Source of the DNA: Octopus sinensis | Lineage: Eukaryota | Assembly (NCBI RefSeq): GCF_006345805.1 | Contig: NC_043010.1 | Coordinates: 42,098,001-42,162,000, forward strand | Direction: 5' to 3' | Length of the DNA: 64,000 nucleotides | In this document: positions 23,950 to 36,596 of the stretch, piece after piece | Layout: each line of letters opens with the position of its first letter | How positions within the stretch are numbered: position 1 is the stretch's first letter | Notes under the pieces: model-generated | The model's database searches: none | What the model saw: only the letters and a program-made list of their open reading frames with translations | What the model was told of the DNA's origin: nothing | Program-made: the position numbers and the translations under genes

Positions 23950-26762
23950 TGTTAACAAAATATGGAACTCATAAGAATACAGCCACTTGTGCGTGTATGT
24001 ATATATTGATTTGTGCGCGTGTATGTTTGTAGCATTTGCTGTGTGCGTATGTGGTTGTTGTTGTTGTTCGCCTTAATCAGGAGGACAAATGATTGAAAAC
24101 AGTCCAGCCATGGCAATCCTCCCTATATCTTAGGCACAGTGGTATATTGAACCACAATATGCAACGTGTCCTTCCTTTCCTAAGACGATGTAATGTAAGT
24201 TTTAAGAAAATATGGCTGGTGATTTCTAGCAATTCGAGAGATTCAATGAAGAGAAGAAAATGTTGTTGTTCTATTACTGATCTCGGAGTCAGTAGGTAAC
24301 GGAACCAGTGTCGAATTAAAGATTTTATAGGCTTTAATTATGTCCTTTTGCGTTTCGATCAATAATACTATTGCACCAATAGTATTCACGTTCCTATTTT
24401 ATTGGATTATTACATTTTTTACTCTTCCCTGCATAATTAATTCTCTCTTTCTCTCTCTCTCATTTTATACATACTTAAATTCTGACGCACACAAATTTAG
24501 AACGTTCGCAGCGACTAATGCAAGGGGAGTAACTCATCAATATGGTATAGGATTATGCACCCTGAAATTATTATAGGTAAATTAGTTTTCTCAGCTGAGT
24601 GCTTCGTTCTTAATGTTGCGACTCAGATTATTAATTAACTCAGTATTAAGTCATTGAACTGTAATTAGATATCGATTTATTTCATTATGGACACTTTCAT
24701 GGTATTAACATTCAGTTCAACTAACAAGAGTCAACTCGATGTATTTTTTTTGTTCTTCTAGTAAACTCCTTAATATCAGTGGTTCGTACTTGTCCCAACA
24801 AGGGCTGGTATTGATGCAACCCTCCCCTCTATGTTTTAAATAGTGCTCTCAGTTTAGCCAGTAATCCTCTTCACTAACTGTTTTCCCTGAGACACATCAT
24901 TTTTTGAGGCCCTTTAAACTTCATAAGAATGATATTATTAAATTATCTTGAGTCATATTAATTGAAATACTACTATTAAACATAATTCTGTCCACCAAAT
25001 CCTTTTGATAACCGATCTGACCGCTTCATGATAAATTATTGTTAACAGCAGTGACTGATATATATTTTTCCTTTTTTTTTTTAAACTACGCATTTTACAA
25101 CAAGCATTTTAGCATAATTTATATGTGAAGTAAAAAGAATATATATTTAAAAAAGGTATTATATAATTTAACTTATAAAAAAAAGTTACATTGCAGAAAA
25201 GTTTTTAGCACCTATTGCTTTATTTAATTAATGAAACACAGTTATCAGGACTTTATATTTAAATTTTCAATTTGTATATCAATGTACATCATGCGACACA
25301 CGTCGTCTAGGAAGCATCGGCCTTAGAGTAATCAAATGAATCTAATTTTTCACAAATCAATGAGCGATCTGCTAGTTAGTCGGATCATCTCTTAAGAAAT
25401 AATGCCCAAATTTCACTGATCTCTGAAACTGGAATGAGATACGTGGGAAAGTTAACCTCAGGCATACCTTGAGTGCTTGGACTTCACTAAAAATACTGAA
25501 ATACCAGATGGTGATGCAAAAGCAGGCGACAGATTAAGACTGGAGGGCCACATTGCATTGCTTCACGGTGCTTTAAAAAGACAGTCCGTTCACTACGAAT
25601 TTCATATCCACCAAAAATTCATAAATTGTCATCATAACGTTATCTGTAGAATATTACCTAGTCACTAAGTCCAGACTGATGAAAAAGCACATAAACACCA
25701 AAATAATATAAAGTAAGTTCTGAAAATAGATAACTATTGCGTTCGGACCAAGTCCATTTGGCCGGACCTACAAAATCAAAAATAGAGGAAACACAGCCGG
25801 CTTCTTCTGTGCGATACTCCGCTCATTGTGTGATATACAATTTCCTTATGTACTAGCAACTTTAAGCAACTGCTTGTCTACCACAAACCTGTTGAAATAT
25901 AACTGAATTTGTCTTTACAAAATAGTTCAGTTATATTACACGTTGCATCTATCAGTACGGCTGTTAATGTAATTACCACCAGCTGAGTTTGTGACTAAAA
26001 TAACACGATTGTAAACCAAGTAGATGTTATCCTATGTATAGCTTGACCTGCACCCATTTCTGGAGTTCACCGCTGAAACAAAATTTAATTTCCTAGCAAT
26101 AAATGTATCTTCCAATCTATAAAGAACAGTTTATTCTGCATCTACCTTAGTTTTTTTTTAGTTTTTTATCTCAACAGAACTTTCATATAAACTTGCATAA
26201 AATGTAAACAAGAGCTTATGTCTCATAACGCAAGGGATTAAAGTATATCTCCTTCCAGAAGATTCTGAAAGAAAAATATAAAATGGAAAACAATCTAAAT
26301 CTTTTCGAGTTTTCCTATATCTACTAAATATTATTTATATTTAAATCTGTTAACTGTATTGAAAAAATGTAGACAGAAAGAGATAATCGAATCATTGTAG
26401 CTAGGTACAATTGATAATACCAACCCATTCTAAAACTAGAAATATCATTTATTAACTTGTATAAAATAAATTATTTTCAATTCATCCTAAAAAGATTAAT
26501 TTAATGTATGGAAATGAGTGTGTAAACAGTAAATGGCCACTATTTTGAAGCTAAACGGACACAATTTCCCATCCTTTCAAATTCAGTTCTATACAACGGA
26601 TCCGTTTTTCACCCACGCGTTCAGCAACGTAATATATTCAAAATAGTAACCTAACGGGAAAATAAAAAAGAAATCTACCTATCATTCTATGTGATGACCG
26701 AGAAGTGAGTGAGTGGATATATGTTTGAGCAAATTTTTAGAGACAGTTTATGGTTTGCGCAT

Positions 26763-26763
26763 A

Positions 26764-26795
<32 letters not shown>

Positions 26796-26944
26796 TAATA
26801 ATAATGATGATGATAATAATGATGATAATAATGATAATAATAATAATGATGATAATAATGATAATAATAATAATGATAATAATAATAATGATGATAATAA
26901 TGATGATGATAATAATGATGATAATAATGATGATAATAATAATG

Positions 26945-26976
<32 letters not shown>
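26763..26976. repeat. (AAT/GAT)n trinucleotide microsatellite
   Basis: Direct. Confidence 0.95.
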
Positions 26977-26977
<1 letters not shown>

Positions 26978-27135
26978 GTAACACATTATGTCATAACACG
27001 TTTGTGAATATGCGAATGTATAAAAATTAAATATAAATAAATATGAATGAACATGGGTGACAAACTGAACAACGGATTAAATCTATCATCCAAATACTGC
27101 TTAAACACGCTCGTACACGCAAGCACATACACACA

Positions 27136-27183
<48 letters not shown>

Positions 27184-27299
27184 TAGATACTGTCTCGTAT
27201 ATATATTAAAGTTAGATGACGCCGATTTACGGGATAACCTTGGGTATTGGTGGGTATTACTTTCCAAAACCTCCCATAGAGATAATTAGAATCTAAAAA

Positions 27300-27436
27300 A
27301 ATATAAATACCTATCGGCCCCAGAAACCCGCGATATATTGAGGATTCTGCGATAAAAATTTACATATATTCGCCAGAAAAATCCGTGATGTACTGAGTGC
27401 GCTATAGGTGAACCGCGATATGGCAAGGCATTGCTG
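27300..27436. mobile_element. pogo/Tigger-like DNA transposon terminus
   Basis: Ends GAACCGCGATATGGCAAGGCATTGCTG|TA, i.e. a CAG-starting TIR on a TA target, with repeated CCGCGATA subterminal motifs. No partner TIR found. Confidence 0.45.
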
Positions 27437-27540
27437 TATATATATATATATATTATATATATATATTATATATATATATATCCAAATATTTGTATTTATA
27501 TATATAAAATATCTCCAAATATTGCAACTGTATACGGTGT

Positions 27541-28100
27541 ACGTATGTATGTATGTATGTATGTATGTATGTATGTATGTATGTATGTATGTATGTCCGT
27601 ATGTATGCATGTCCGTATGTATGTATGTCCGTATGTATGTATGTATGTCCGTATGTATGTATGTATGTCCGTATGTATTTAGGTATGACCGTATGTATGT
27701 ATGTATGTACGTACGTATGTATGTATGTATGTATGTATGTCCGTATGTATGTATGTCCGTATGTATGTATGTCCGTATGCATGTATGTATGTCCGTATGT
27801 ATGTATGTATGTCCGTATGTCCGTATGTATGTATGTATGTCCGTATGTATGTATGTATGTACGTACGTATATATGTACGTATGTATGTATGTATGTACGT
27901 ACGTATGTATGTATGTCCGTATGTATGTATGTATGTATGTATGTATGTATGTCGGTATGTATGTCCATATGTATGCATGTCCGTATATATGTCCGTATGT
28001 ATGTATGTATGTCCGTATGTATGAATGTATGTATGTATGTACGTACGTATGTACGTACGTACGTACGTATGTATGTATGCATGTACGTATGTATATATGT
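27541..28100. repeat. (ATGT)n with recurrent GTCC/GTAC variants
   Basis: Direct. Confidence 0.95.
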
Positions 28101-28490
28101 AGTAGCGTTATACACTGTTAAAACATTTTTTAGATATCATGTAAAATATCTTTTGCTGACAGTTTATCAACGTCGACTGCCTGTACTGAACATTTCCTCA
28201 AGCCATTGCCTCTCACTCACATTATATCTCACTATTTGGTAAATGTGACTGGAGGAACAACAAGCGCAATGACGAAACTAGAACCGGTGATCAGTCGCGT
28301 TACAACACACTGAAATGGCACAAGATCATTCTAAAATTGAGTCGTGAGATAGCAGCAGCATTTGAGAAAGCGCCCTTAAAATAGCAATTTCGCCAGTTTC
28401 TGAAACTGTTTGCATATGACTCGTAGGATCGATTATTCTCGTAAATTGGACAGTATGACACATGAATTATACATGCATTTATGCATACAT

Positions 28491-28495
28491 TCTCT

Positions 28496-28532
<37 letters not shown>

Positions 28533-28976
28533 TTCACTCACTCACTCACTCACTCACTCACTCACTCACTCACTCACTCACTCACTCACATACACCACAC
28601 ACACTACACACATACTCACCACATTTACATACCACACACACTACACACATACTCACCACATTTACATACCACACACACATACACACACACACATACACAT
28701 ACACCATACACACTGCACACATACTCACCACACTTACATACCACACGCACATACACACATACATACACACACACACATACACACACACATACACACACAC
28801 ATACACACACACATACACATGCACCACACATACACTACACACATACTCTCCACACTTACATGCCACACACACATTCACTTATACACCACACACACAAACG
28901 AACACATACAAACAAACATACACAAACACACACACACGCACACACACACGCACACACACACATTCACACACACACG
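28491..28976. repeat. (CT)n-(CACT)n-(CA)n compound repeat with a higher-order unit of about 40 bp
   Basis: Direct; CACATACTCACCACATTTACATACCACACAC recurs. Confidence 0.9.
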
Positions 28977-29178
28977 TCATTTATTTAAGAGACTCACATT
29001 TGAGCTGTTATATCAAATATGGTCGAAACCGCAATATAGTTTTAAATAAATTATACAAAAACACTACATTATGTATTGATTAGTATCTTTCGTTTTACTC
29101 CTATCAACGAATAATTTATACGATATATATGTGTATGTATATGTGTGTGGATGTGAGAGTGTGTTGTGAGCGTATGTT

Positions 29179-29624
29179 GGATCTTTTCGGTTTGACCGGC
29201 AGTTTTTTAAAATAATTTCCACATAACTAAACACTTTTAAACTTCGTGTACTGGTAGAATGTGTTTATAAAACATCTTTTTCTCTTGGCTTTATTGAGAA
29301 AATTCTATAGTTTGTAAGATATTTGTTGTTGTTTTTCTTCAATTTCTGCAATTTCAACCAATCAATGATGTCTATTGTGGTAAAACACATTCTGTGCCAT
29401 ATGAATATGTTCCTCGTTTAAAAAACAGATTGGGTTTATTTACATTTGTGAAGAAAAAAAAATACCCTTCCCCCACCCCTAACCCTAACTAACTCAAACT
29501 AACCTTAACTAACCCTAATCCTAAAACAGATTGAAATGCAATAGATCGATACTAGGGTCATAATTAGGGGTGACAATTTCATATGACACCACTAGAAAAT
29601 CTGCCGTTCAAACCGAAAAGATCC
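29179..29624 (+). mobile_element. Merlin-type MITE copy 3
   Basis: Both TIRs present; perfect 8-bp TSD CGTATGTT. Confidence 0.92.
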
Positions 29625-29816
29625 CGTATGTTTATTATTATAGGATACAGAAATTAGTTAAAAGCAACTGAGATTCGTGATAGCGATTATTCTAAGAATT
29701 GAATTACGAAAGAACAGATATTTGTAAAAGCTTCAAATTACGATTGGTCATTGATATGTTTAATTTTTATGTGCAGGTTTACGTGATCTTTACATGTCCT
29801 AACGCACGCACGTACG

Positions 29817-29882
<66 letters not shown>

Positions 29883-30111
29883 TACACACACACACACACA
29901 CACACATACATGCACACTGTAGAGAGAGGAAGAAAGAGAAATAGATGTTTAGAAAAATGTTACGGGGAGTTAATGTTTGATAATTCTTACTCAGTCATCA
30001 AGCAGGATTTGGAAGCTGGCATTCTGAGCGTGACAGCTGTCTATGATAACATTACGACGACAAACTTTTTTGAAGTTTTGAAGTTTTAATAAGTTTTAAT
30101 GATTTAAGTTG

Positions 30112-30521
30112 GGATCTTTTCGATTTGAACGGCAGTTTTTCTGGCGGTGTCATATGAAATTGTCACCCATAATTATGACCCTAGTATCGATCTATTGCAT
30201 TTCAATCTGTTTTAGGGTTAGGGTTGGGGGAAGGTGTCTTTTTTTTTCTTCAGAAATGTAAATAAAACCAATCTGTTTCTTAAACGAGGGACATATTCAT
30301 ACGGCACAGAATGTTTTTTACCGCAATAGACGTATTTGATTGGTTGAAATTACAGAAATTGGAGTAAAAACACAACAAATATCTTACAAAGTATAGAATT
30401 TTCTCAATAAAGCCAAGAGAAAGAGATGTTTTATAAACACATTCTACCAGTATACGAAGTTTAAAAGTGTTTAGTTACGTGGAAATTATGTTAAAAACTG
30501 CCGTTCAAACCGAAAAGATCC
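30112..30521 (-). mobile_element. Merlin-type MITE copy 4 (opposite orientation)
   Basis: Both TIRs present; degenerate TSD (TTTAAGTTG / TTAAAGTCG). Confidence 0.9.
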
Positions 30522-30807
30522 TTAAAGTCGTATGAAATGTTGGAATTGGCATATATACAATATAAATAGGAAATATTCAACATGCATTGTTTTTTGGGGG
30601 AGAGGGGTTGCTGTGTGCGAAAAATGATAAAACTTGCAACTGTATGTTAAGTTACATAAAAAAAAAAAAAAAACTGATAATGTGGTTCACTGTTCTGCGT
30701 CGAAAACTATAACCACTAATTTCAGGAATGTGAGAGCAGGCCTATCACAACACACGGAAAATCATGGTTTTCTCGAAAAACCGACTGACGTATGCATTCC
30801 TCTAGTG

Positions 30808-33710
30808 CAGTGCTTTCCAAACTGTGTATCGCGACATATTAGTGTGTTGCCAGCAGGGCGTAGGTGTGTCAGCAAACCAATATTTGAAATACCCAATACC
30901 AATTTGTTTCGGAATCTGTTAGCATGGTGAACACGTCAATGCGTATACCTACCGGCTATCGTTTCCCACTTGATGTGTGGAGGCGAGATTAGAAAGAAAG
31001 AAAGAAAGAAGGAAAGGAAGGAAGGAAAGGAAAGAAGGAAGGAAAGAAAGAAGGAAAGAAGGAAGGAAAGAAAGAAATCTTCACTATGTAACGCTCATTT
31101 TCATTATATTTTATTCAGTGTAAAAGAATTAACATATTGGAAGCGTTATTCCTTTGTCCGAAGTGAACTGAAAATCGATTAAAATGTTCAACTCCGCACC
31201 TGTTTTAGTGAGCGAATCACACTGGAACTGCTTTCAAATTGCCAAAAGTTATTGTTCACCTATTTTGATATTACGCATTACTGAGGGTGAACTAATAATT
31301 ATAAAATCACATTAAACTCAATTTCGTAAATTGGACAGTATGACACATGATTTGCCCCTTGTTCATCAGTCACACGGGCTTAACTTTAGATACCGGGTGT
31401 TCTAATTAAGTGCAACGTGCCATTTCTAACTTTATCGTGCTTAGTGATGGTGATATTAAATACATGCTTATTTATCGTAACTTAAATCAGTTTTATTCAT
31501 AAATTGTGATTAAAATGGATAAATTTTAAGAAAAGTAACGTTGCAGAAGATGACATTTCCAATGAACAAAATTCAAACAACTACGAAGGAAACCTTTCAA
31601 ACAACAGTTAAACGACCTGCGTCGGTGAGTGGGAAGGGCACAGGAAAACTGTTTAAACCTCTTTTATACAACAAAGATTATATAAAAGTGGGCTTCACAT
31701 TTTCTGGAAATGAAAACAATCCTACTCCCCTGTGGGGATATACTTGCAAACAAAAGTATGGTACCAAACAAATTTAAGTGTCGTTTCAGCACTAGATACG
31801 GAAATTTGTGAACAAAACCAGTGAAATACTTCATTGAACTTTCAAAATCTCTAAAAAAGCAGGCTTCAACTTTCACAAAGAAAATGAAGATATCACACAA
31901 AGCTCCAGAGGCAAGTTAATTGGTTGCTCAAATAATTGCCCAAAGCAAGGAACGACATAGAATTGCTGAAAGTACTATAAAGGAATCTTGTTATGCTATT
32001 GTTCGAACAATGTTTGGACCGGAATTTGAGATAGAAGTTAAAATATTTCTGCGACAGAAAACACAATGGGAAGGCGAATTCAAGATATGTCTGATGATAT
32101 TAAGCTGCTAATGAAGAATATTTTTCAAGATAATAACATGATGTTTGCATGATGTTAGACGAATCAACAAATGTTAGTGGGTTAGCACAATTGATGGTTT
32201 TAAGACGTTCCATTTATAATGACAGAATTATTGAGCTTCTTGTGTTGCCTAAGAACTTCCATCCATTGAGAACTAGAATTGAAGATAATTTTGAAGCTTC
32301 TGATTCTTTCATGAAGGAAAATAATTTGTTATGGTTAAACTGTGTAGGAATATTCACAGATGGCGTGCCCTCAATTGTAGGTTCAGTAAAATATAACTTA
32401 AGCAAAAAAAAAGAGAATACAAATATTATGATTACTCATTGCTTTGGGGTTTTTTTGTGGGTTTTTTGGCATCGCGAGTCACTAATTGCGTAAACTGTTG
32501 GAAATGATTTACGAAGAGTTACAAACGAAATGGTTCAAATGGTCAATTACATAAAAAAGTAAACCTCTTAAGTCAAGATTATTTGCTTATATTTGTGAAG
32601 AAATGGGAGAAAATTTCACACAGAGGTTCTCGGGCTTTCGAAAGGTCGTGTGCTTTGTCGTGTATACGAATTGAGAGAAATGATGCCTAAATCAACAGAA
32701 TGAATTCTACGATCTGATTCAATACGAACTTTGGTGGACCAAATTGGCGTATCTTTCGGACATATTTGAACATTTGGATAAAATTAACACGGGTATGCAG
32801 GGAAAAGCAGAAAATATTTTAACATCGGCTGGTAAAATTTGTGCTACGAGAGACAAGATAACAATTTGGAAACGCAAAGTAAAAGGAAATTTTGAAATAT
32901 TTTCCAAATCTTGTGAGTACGAGCTAAAATGTGAGATCAGTTCGTTAATTGTTGGCCAGCTAACATTGCTTTTAGAGAAAACCTTGATACTATTCTCCAA
33001 TTATTGAAATCCAAAAGTAAGATTGGATCAGAAATCCATTTCTTACAACAGCAACGATTAATTTTTCACTTACCGAAGGAGAAGAACTAGCCGAAATCAA
33101 GAATGATCGGTGTCTGTTATTGATTTATGAAGAGGGGAACTTATAGAACGTTAGGATTCGTATTTCAAAGAAGCATCCAAGCCTAGCTAAAAAAAAAAAC
33201 ATTACAAATTCTTTTTTCAGTTTTCTACTACATACATTTGCAAAGCATCTTTTCCAACAATGCTAAATTTAAAGACATCGGAACCTGAAAACTTGAAAAT
33301 GATTGATAGTGAAATGCGTGTGTCATTATCTACAATCCCACCTAATATCCAAAATCTCTGTTCTTCTCATCAGGCTTGTGTATCTCACTGGAATAGTAAG
33401 CTATAAAAGTTATGTTTTTTTTTTATTAATCTTTGCACATATTTACAGATTATTATAGATAAATGATAACTCACATTTCTCTTGAAAATGTATGTAATTT
33501 TGTTTACAAATTATATATTTATAAAATATAGATGAACATTTTCTCAACATCTCACGCTATTAAAATTGATTTATGCATCAGCATCTTATAGCCGTGGTAG
33601 ATCATATTAAAATAATTAATGTTAGGTTTGCATAAAACTTAACTGGTGTGTCGCTAAATTATGTATGTTTAAAAAGTGTGTCACTAACCGGGAGAGCTTA
33701 GAAAACATTG
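30808..33710 (+). mobile_element. hAT (Buster/Charlie-type) DNA transposon, full-length but decayed
   Basis: Imperfect TIRs CAGTGCTTTCCAAACT / AGCTTAGAAAACATTG; 8-bp TSD CTCTAGTG / CTCTGGTG with central TA (Buster signature). The empty site CTCTAGTG is seen once in the paralogous Merlin at about 37097. Confidence 0.9.
31516..33390 (+). pseudogene. Buster-family hAT transposase pseudogene (ZBED5/FAM200-like)
   Basis: Motifs DYIKVGF, LDESTNVSGLAQLMV, FTDGVPSIVG, THC..HRESL and AYLSDIFEHL across shifting frames with many stops. Confidence 0.9.
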
Positions 33711-33917
33711 CTCTGGTGTGTCGCAATTCCGACATGGAACCGCAAAAAGAAAAACAAGTCTGGTCTCGCGGCACACTCCTCTGATAATCCATTGCTCAGT
33801 TTGCAAGCATCCTTCCTCGGTCGTATTTACATTTTGAAAAGATTGTTTGTCTTTCTCAACAATCTTTCTAGGACCACCTATTTGAACTGGGTTGCAGAGC
33901 TTTCCTTTCTGCAACTA

Positions 33918-34706
33918 TAACCATGTCTCACTACTACTATTTGTTGCAACTATCTTTGAGAATCTACTATGCAACGCCTTCTCCTGCCCATCAGATAATT
34001 TCTTATCTTATTTCTGTTTTTTAACTTTGTTTGGGTTTTTGGTTTCCCTGTCTTGCTGTGACTCTAGAAGCATTTAGTAAACACTTTTCACTATTACATA
34101 CATAGGAGTTTATATCTAATCTAGCTAACACCATGCAGTCTTCTACTGATATCAACCCTCTTCCGCCTTCCTTCCTTGGTAAGTATAATCTTGTTACTCC
34201 TACCCTTGGGTAAAGTCCTCCATTTATATTGAATTCCTACCTAGTTCTTCTGTCTAGCTTTGCTAATTCAGGTTTTGTTCACTCTACAAAAGCAACTGAG
34301 TATCTATGTAATGATACTGCCCAAGTATTTAGACCCTTCACTAGATTCAGAACATTTAGCTTTGACTTTATAAGCTTCCCCAACCATCTGATGTACCCCT
34401 CAATTGTCGTTTTCATTTCTGTGGTTAGTACCCTGTCTGATTCTAATACTCCTAGTTACTTATAACTCTCTCCTCTTTCAATGATTTTAATGCCTAGCCA
34501 TCTGATAATTGGATGTCTTCGCTGTTGACTACCTGTCCCCTTCTCATGGCTAATATTGCACACTTATCTATGCCAAGTTCCATGCCTATATCTTTGCTGA
34601 AGAGTATTAAGGAATCTATCTCTTTTTATTCATACTAAAAAGCTTCAGATCACCCATGTAGATCAAATGGTTAGTTTTTCCTAACTATTTCTGACCTGAT
34701 ACCCTG
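33918..34706 (-). pseudogene. R4/Dong-clade reverse transcriptase fragment
   Basis: Minus-strand TNHLIYMGDLKL (HLLYMDDLKL motif) and RLYLPRKEGGRGLI. Confidence 0.8.
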
Positions 34707-34713
34707 CCTTTGC

Positions 34714-34877
34714 CTCCTTTAAATAAAGAAATAAAAACACTATATGAACAAAAATATGCTTCGCGGGAAAATTTACTGGCGGTGCACTGGAAAAGGATGC
34801 GACGTGTGTGTGTGTGTTTTAGAAAAGATGCCTTGTTGGTAGATGGCACTTTTCCTTTTAGGATTGCATTTCTTGTT
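34714..34877 (+). mobile_element. Inverted segment of Merlin remnant 1
   Basis: Reverse complement of about 37328-37485, the part that follows the 33917 breakpoint in the other Merlin copy. Confidence 0.75.
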
Positions 34878-34935
34878 AAGAGGAGATCTTGTTAAAGGGA
34901 GATCAAACATAAGACAAATATCAAAGGGGACAACG

Positions 34936-34990
<55 letters not shown>

Positions 34991-34991
<1 letters not shown>

Positions 34992-35320
34992 TATGTTTGA
35001 CTTTTGCTTTATATTTGTACTAGTTGGCTCCAAGTCTCACCCAGAGACCTCAAGAGACAACAGGCTGGAAGTTCATGTTGTTGTTATGCCTAGTGTGCCA
35101 TATATTTGGGGGGGGGGAGTTTTTGGTGTTGTACTAATGAATGTCCCAAAAAAATAAATAAAAAATAATTTTAAAAATATTTAAAAAAATTTTTTTTTTT
35201 CTTTTTTTTTTTAAAAACCGGAAATTATGTTTGTTTTAAACCTTGAGATTACATAGAAAGTATTTTGCGTAGGATATGATCAGTTCCCATGAGCACTATC
35301 TTTTGAATTTCTGCCATTTT
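34991..35320 (-). mobile_element. 3' end of an R4/Dong-like LINE in (TAA)n
   Basis: ORF end KMAEIQKIVLMGTDHILRKILSM* plus UTR; (TTA)n on both sides; paralog at 39484. Confidence 0.75.
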
Positions 35321-35334
35321 ATTATTATTATTAA

Positions 35335-35388
<54 letters not shown>

Positions 35389-35423
35389 CATTATTATTAT
35401 CATCATCATCGTTATCGTTATTG

Positions 35424-35463
<40 letters not shown>

Positions 35464-36459
35464 GGCAGCGAGCGGGCAGAATCGTTAGCACGTTTCTTTT
35501 GTCGGCTCGTTGTTCTTTAAAACGTTTGGTAATGTTATATGTGAATGTCACACGTTTCCGAAACAGTCACCAAATATAATGTCATACTGTCTGACTTTCT
35601 TCCCTTTATTCCTCTCAATATCGATTGACTTACATTTCGCTAAAATAATGAAAAACCTAGTTTGCAACTACAACGATAAATATGTCAATATATGTTCTGT
35701 TGACATGCTTTGTCATACAGTGCGCAAATTCCAGTGACGAATGATAGAATTTTTTAAAATTATGCTTTGAGGATTATTGCTCTGTACACTAATCTGAAGC
35801 ATCACAAATATATTGAGATAAGTAGCAAATAAAATGAAGCAAAATAAAAGAGGAAAGCAAAAGCATTATCAAATAGTACTTAGTAGAAGATTCAAAACTG
35901 ATATTTATAAGCGGAAGAATATTTTATAATTCTTTTCTAAATCTAAAACAACTATCTTATTTTCATCTATAGAACCTTTATTTCAAGGCATAGCATGTTT
36001 TACTTCTTGTAGCATTATGAACTTCGAATTATACTAAAATGGTTTTATGCTGCATTCTTGGATTCAAGGATTGAAGAATAGTTATTATAGGGGAGGATGA
36101 AGGGAAGATAGAGATGCTTAAGCTTTTCTTAAGACCATTAATGACACAAAGTAAAATTTTTAGAACACGACAGTGTTTCATACATCAGCCTGTGTTGAAG
36201 GAAATGAAATAACCATTGAAAAGGAAACGGGGATAAAAGAATGGATTTAATGTTGTTTTTTTTTATGGGTTTACTATGATAGCGAAAGAGAATGCCTCTG
36301 CAATCCCACAATATTTTCTACGAATCACCTTGCACAAAACTTGAAATTTGCAGGCAAGTCACTTGAATTAACTCCACAAATAGAAGGCAATTATTTTATC
36401 GATCGTGGAAGACAGATATACACGCACAAAAATTTTAAACACACACACGCACATATACT

Positions 36460-36494
<35 letters not shown>

Positions 36495-36596
36495 TGGGAG
36501 AGAAAGAGAGAGATGGGAGAGAAAGAGAGAGAGACAGAGGTGGGGGAAGAATATTACACATGAAAGCTTTTATAGGAGTTTATTAGAGAAGATATC

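Larger units (their letters stand above)
29942..33917 (-). mobile_element. Merlin DNA transposon remnant 1 (host of nested insertions)
   Basis: After removing the inserts it is colinear with about 36680-37300. Minus ORF 33684-33914 reads QIGGPRKIVEKDK...EQWIIRGVCRETRLVFLFAV, matching the Merlin/IS1595 motifs IGGPGxxVEIDES...WVFGGxxR. Confidence 0.82.

Noticed and set aside
25477-25668. 63-aa ORF MDFTKNTEIPDG...
   Set aside because: Non-ATG start and no recognisable family; cannot be supported.
26687-27030. Poly-N/D, poly-Y/H and poly-L ORFs
   Set aside because: Trinucleotide microsatellite artefacts.
31516-33390. Domesticated ZBED/FAM200-like gene
   Set aside because: Multiple stops and frameshifts, and TIRs and TSD are still present, so a dead transposon.
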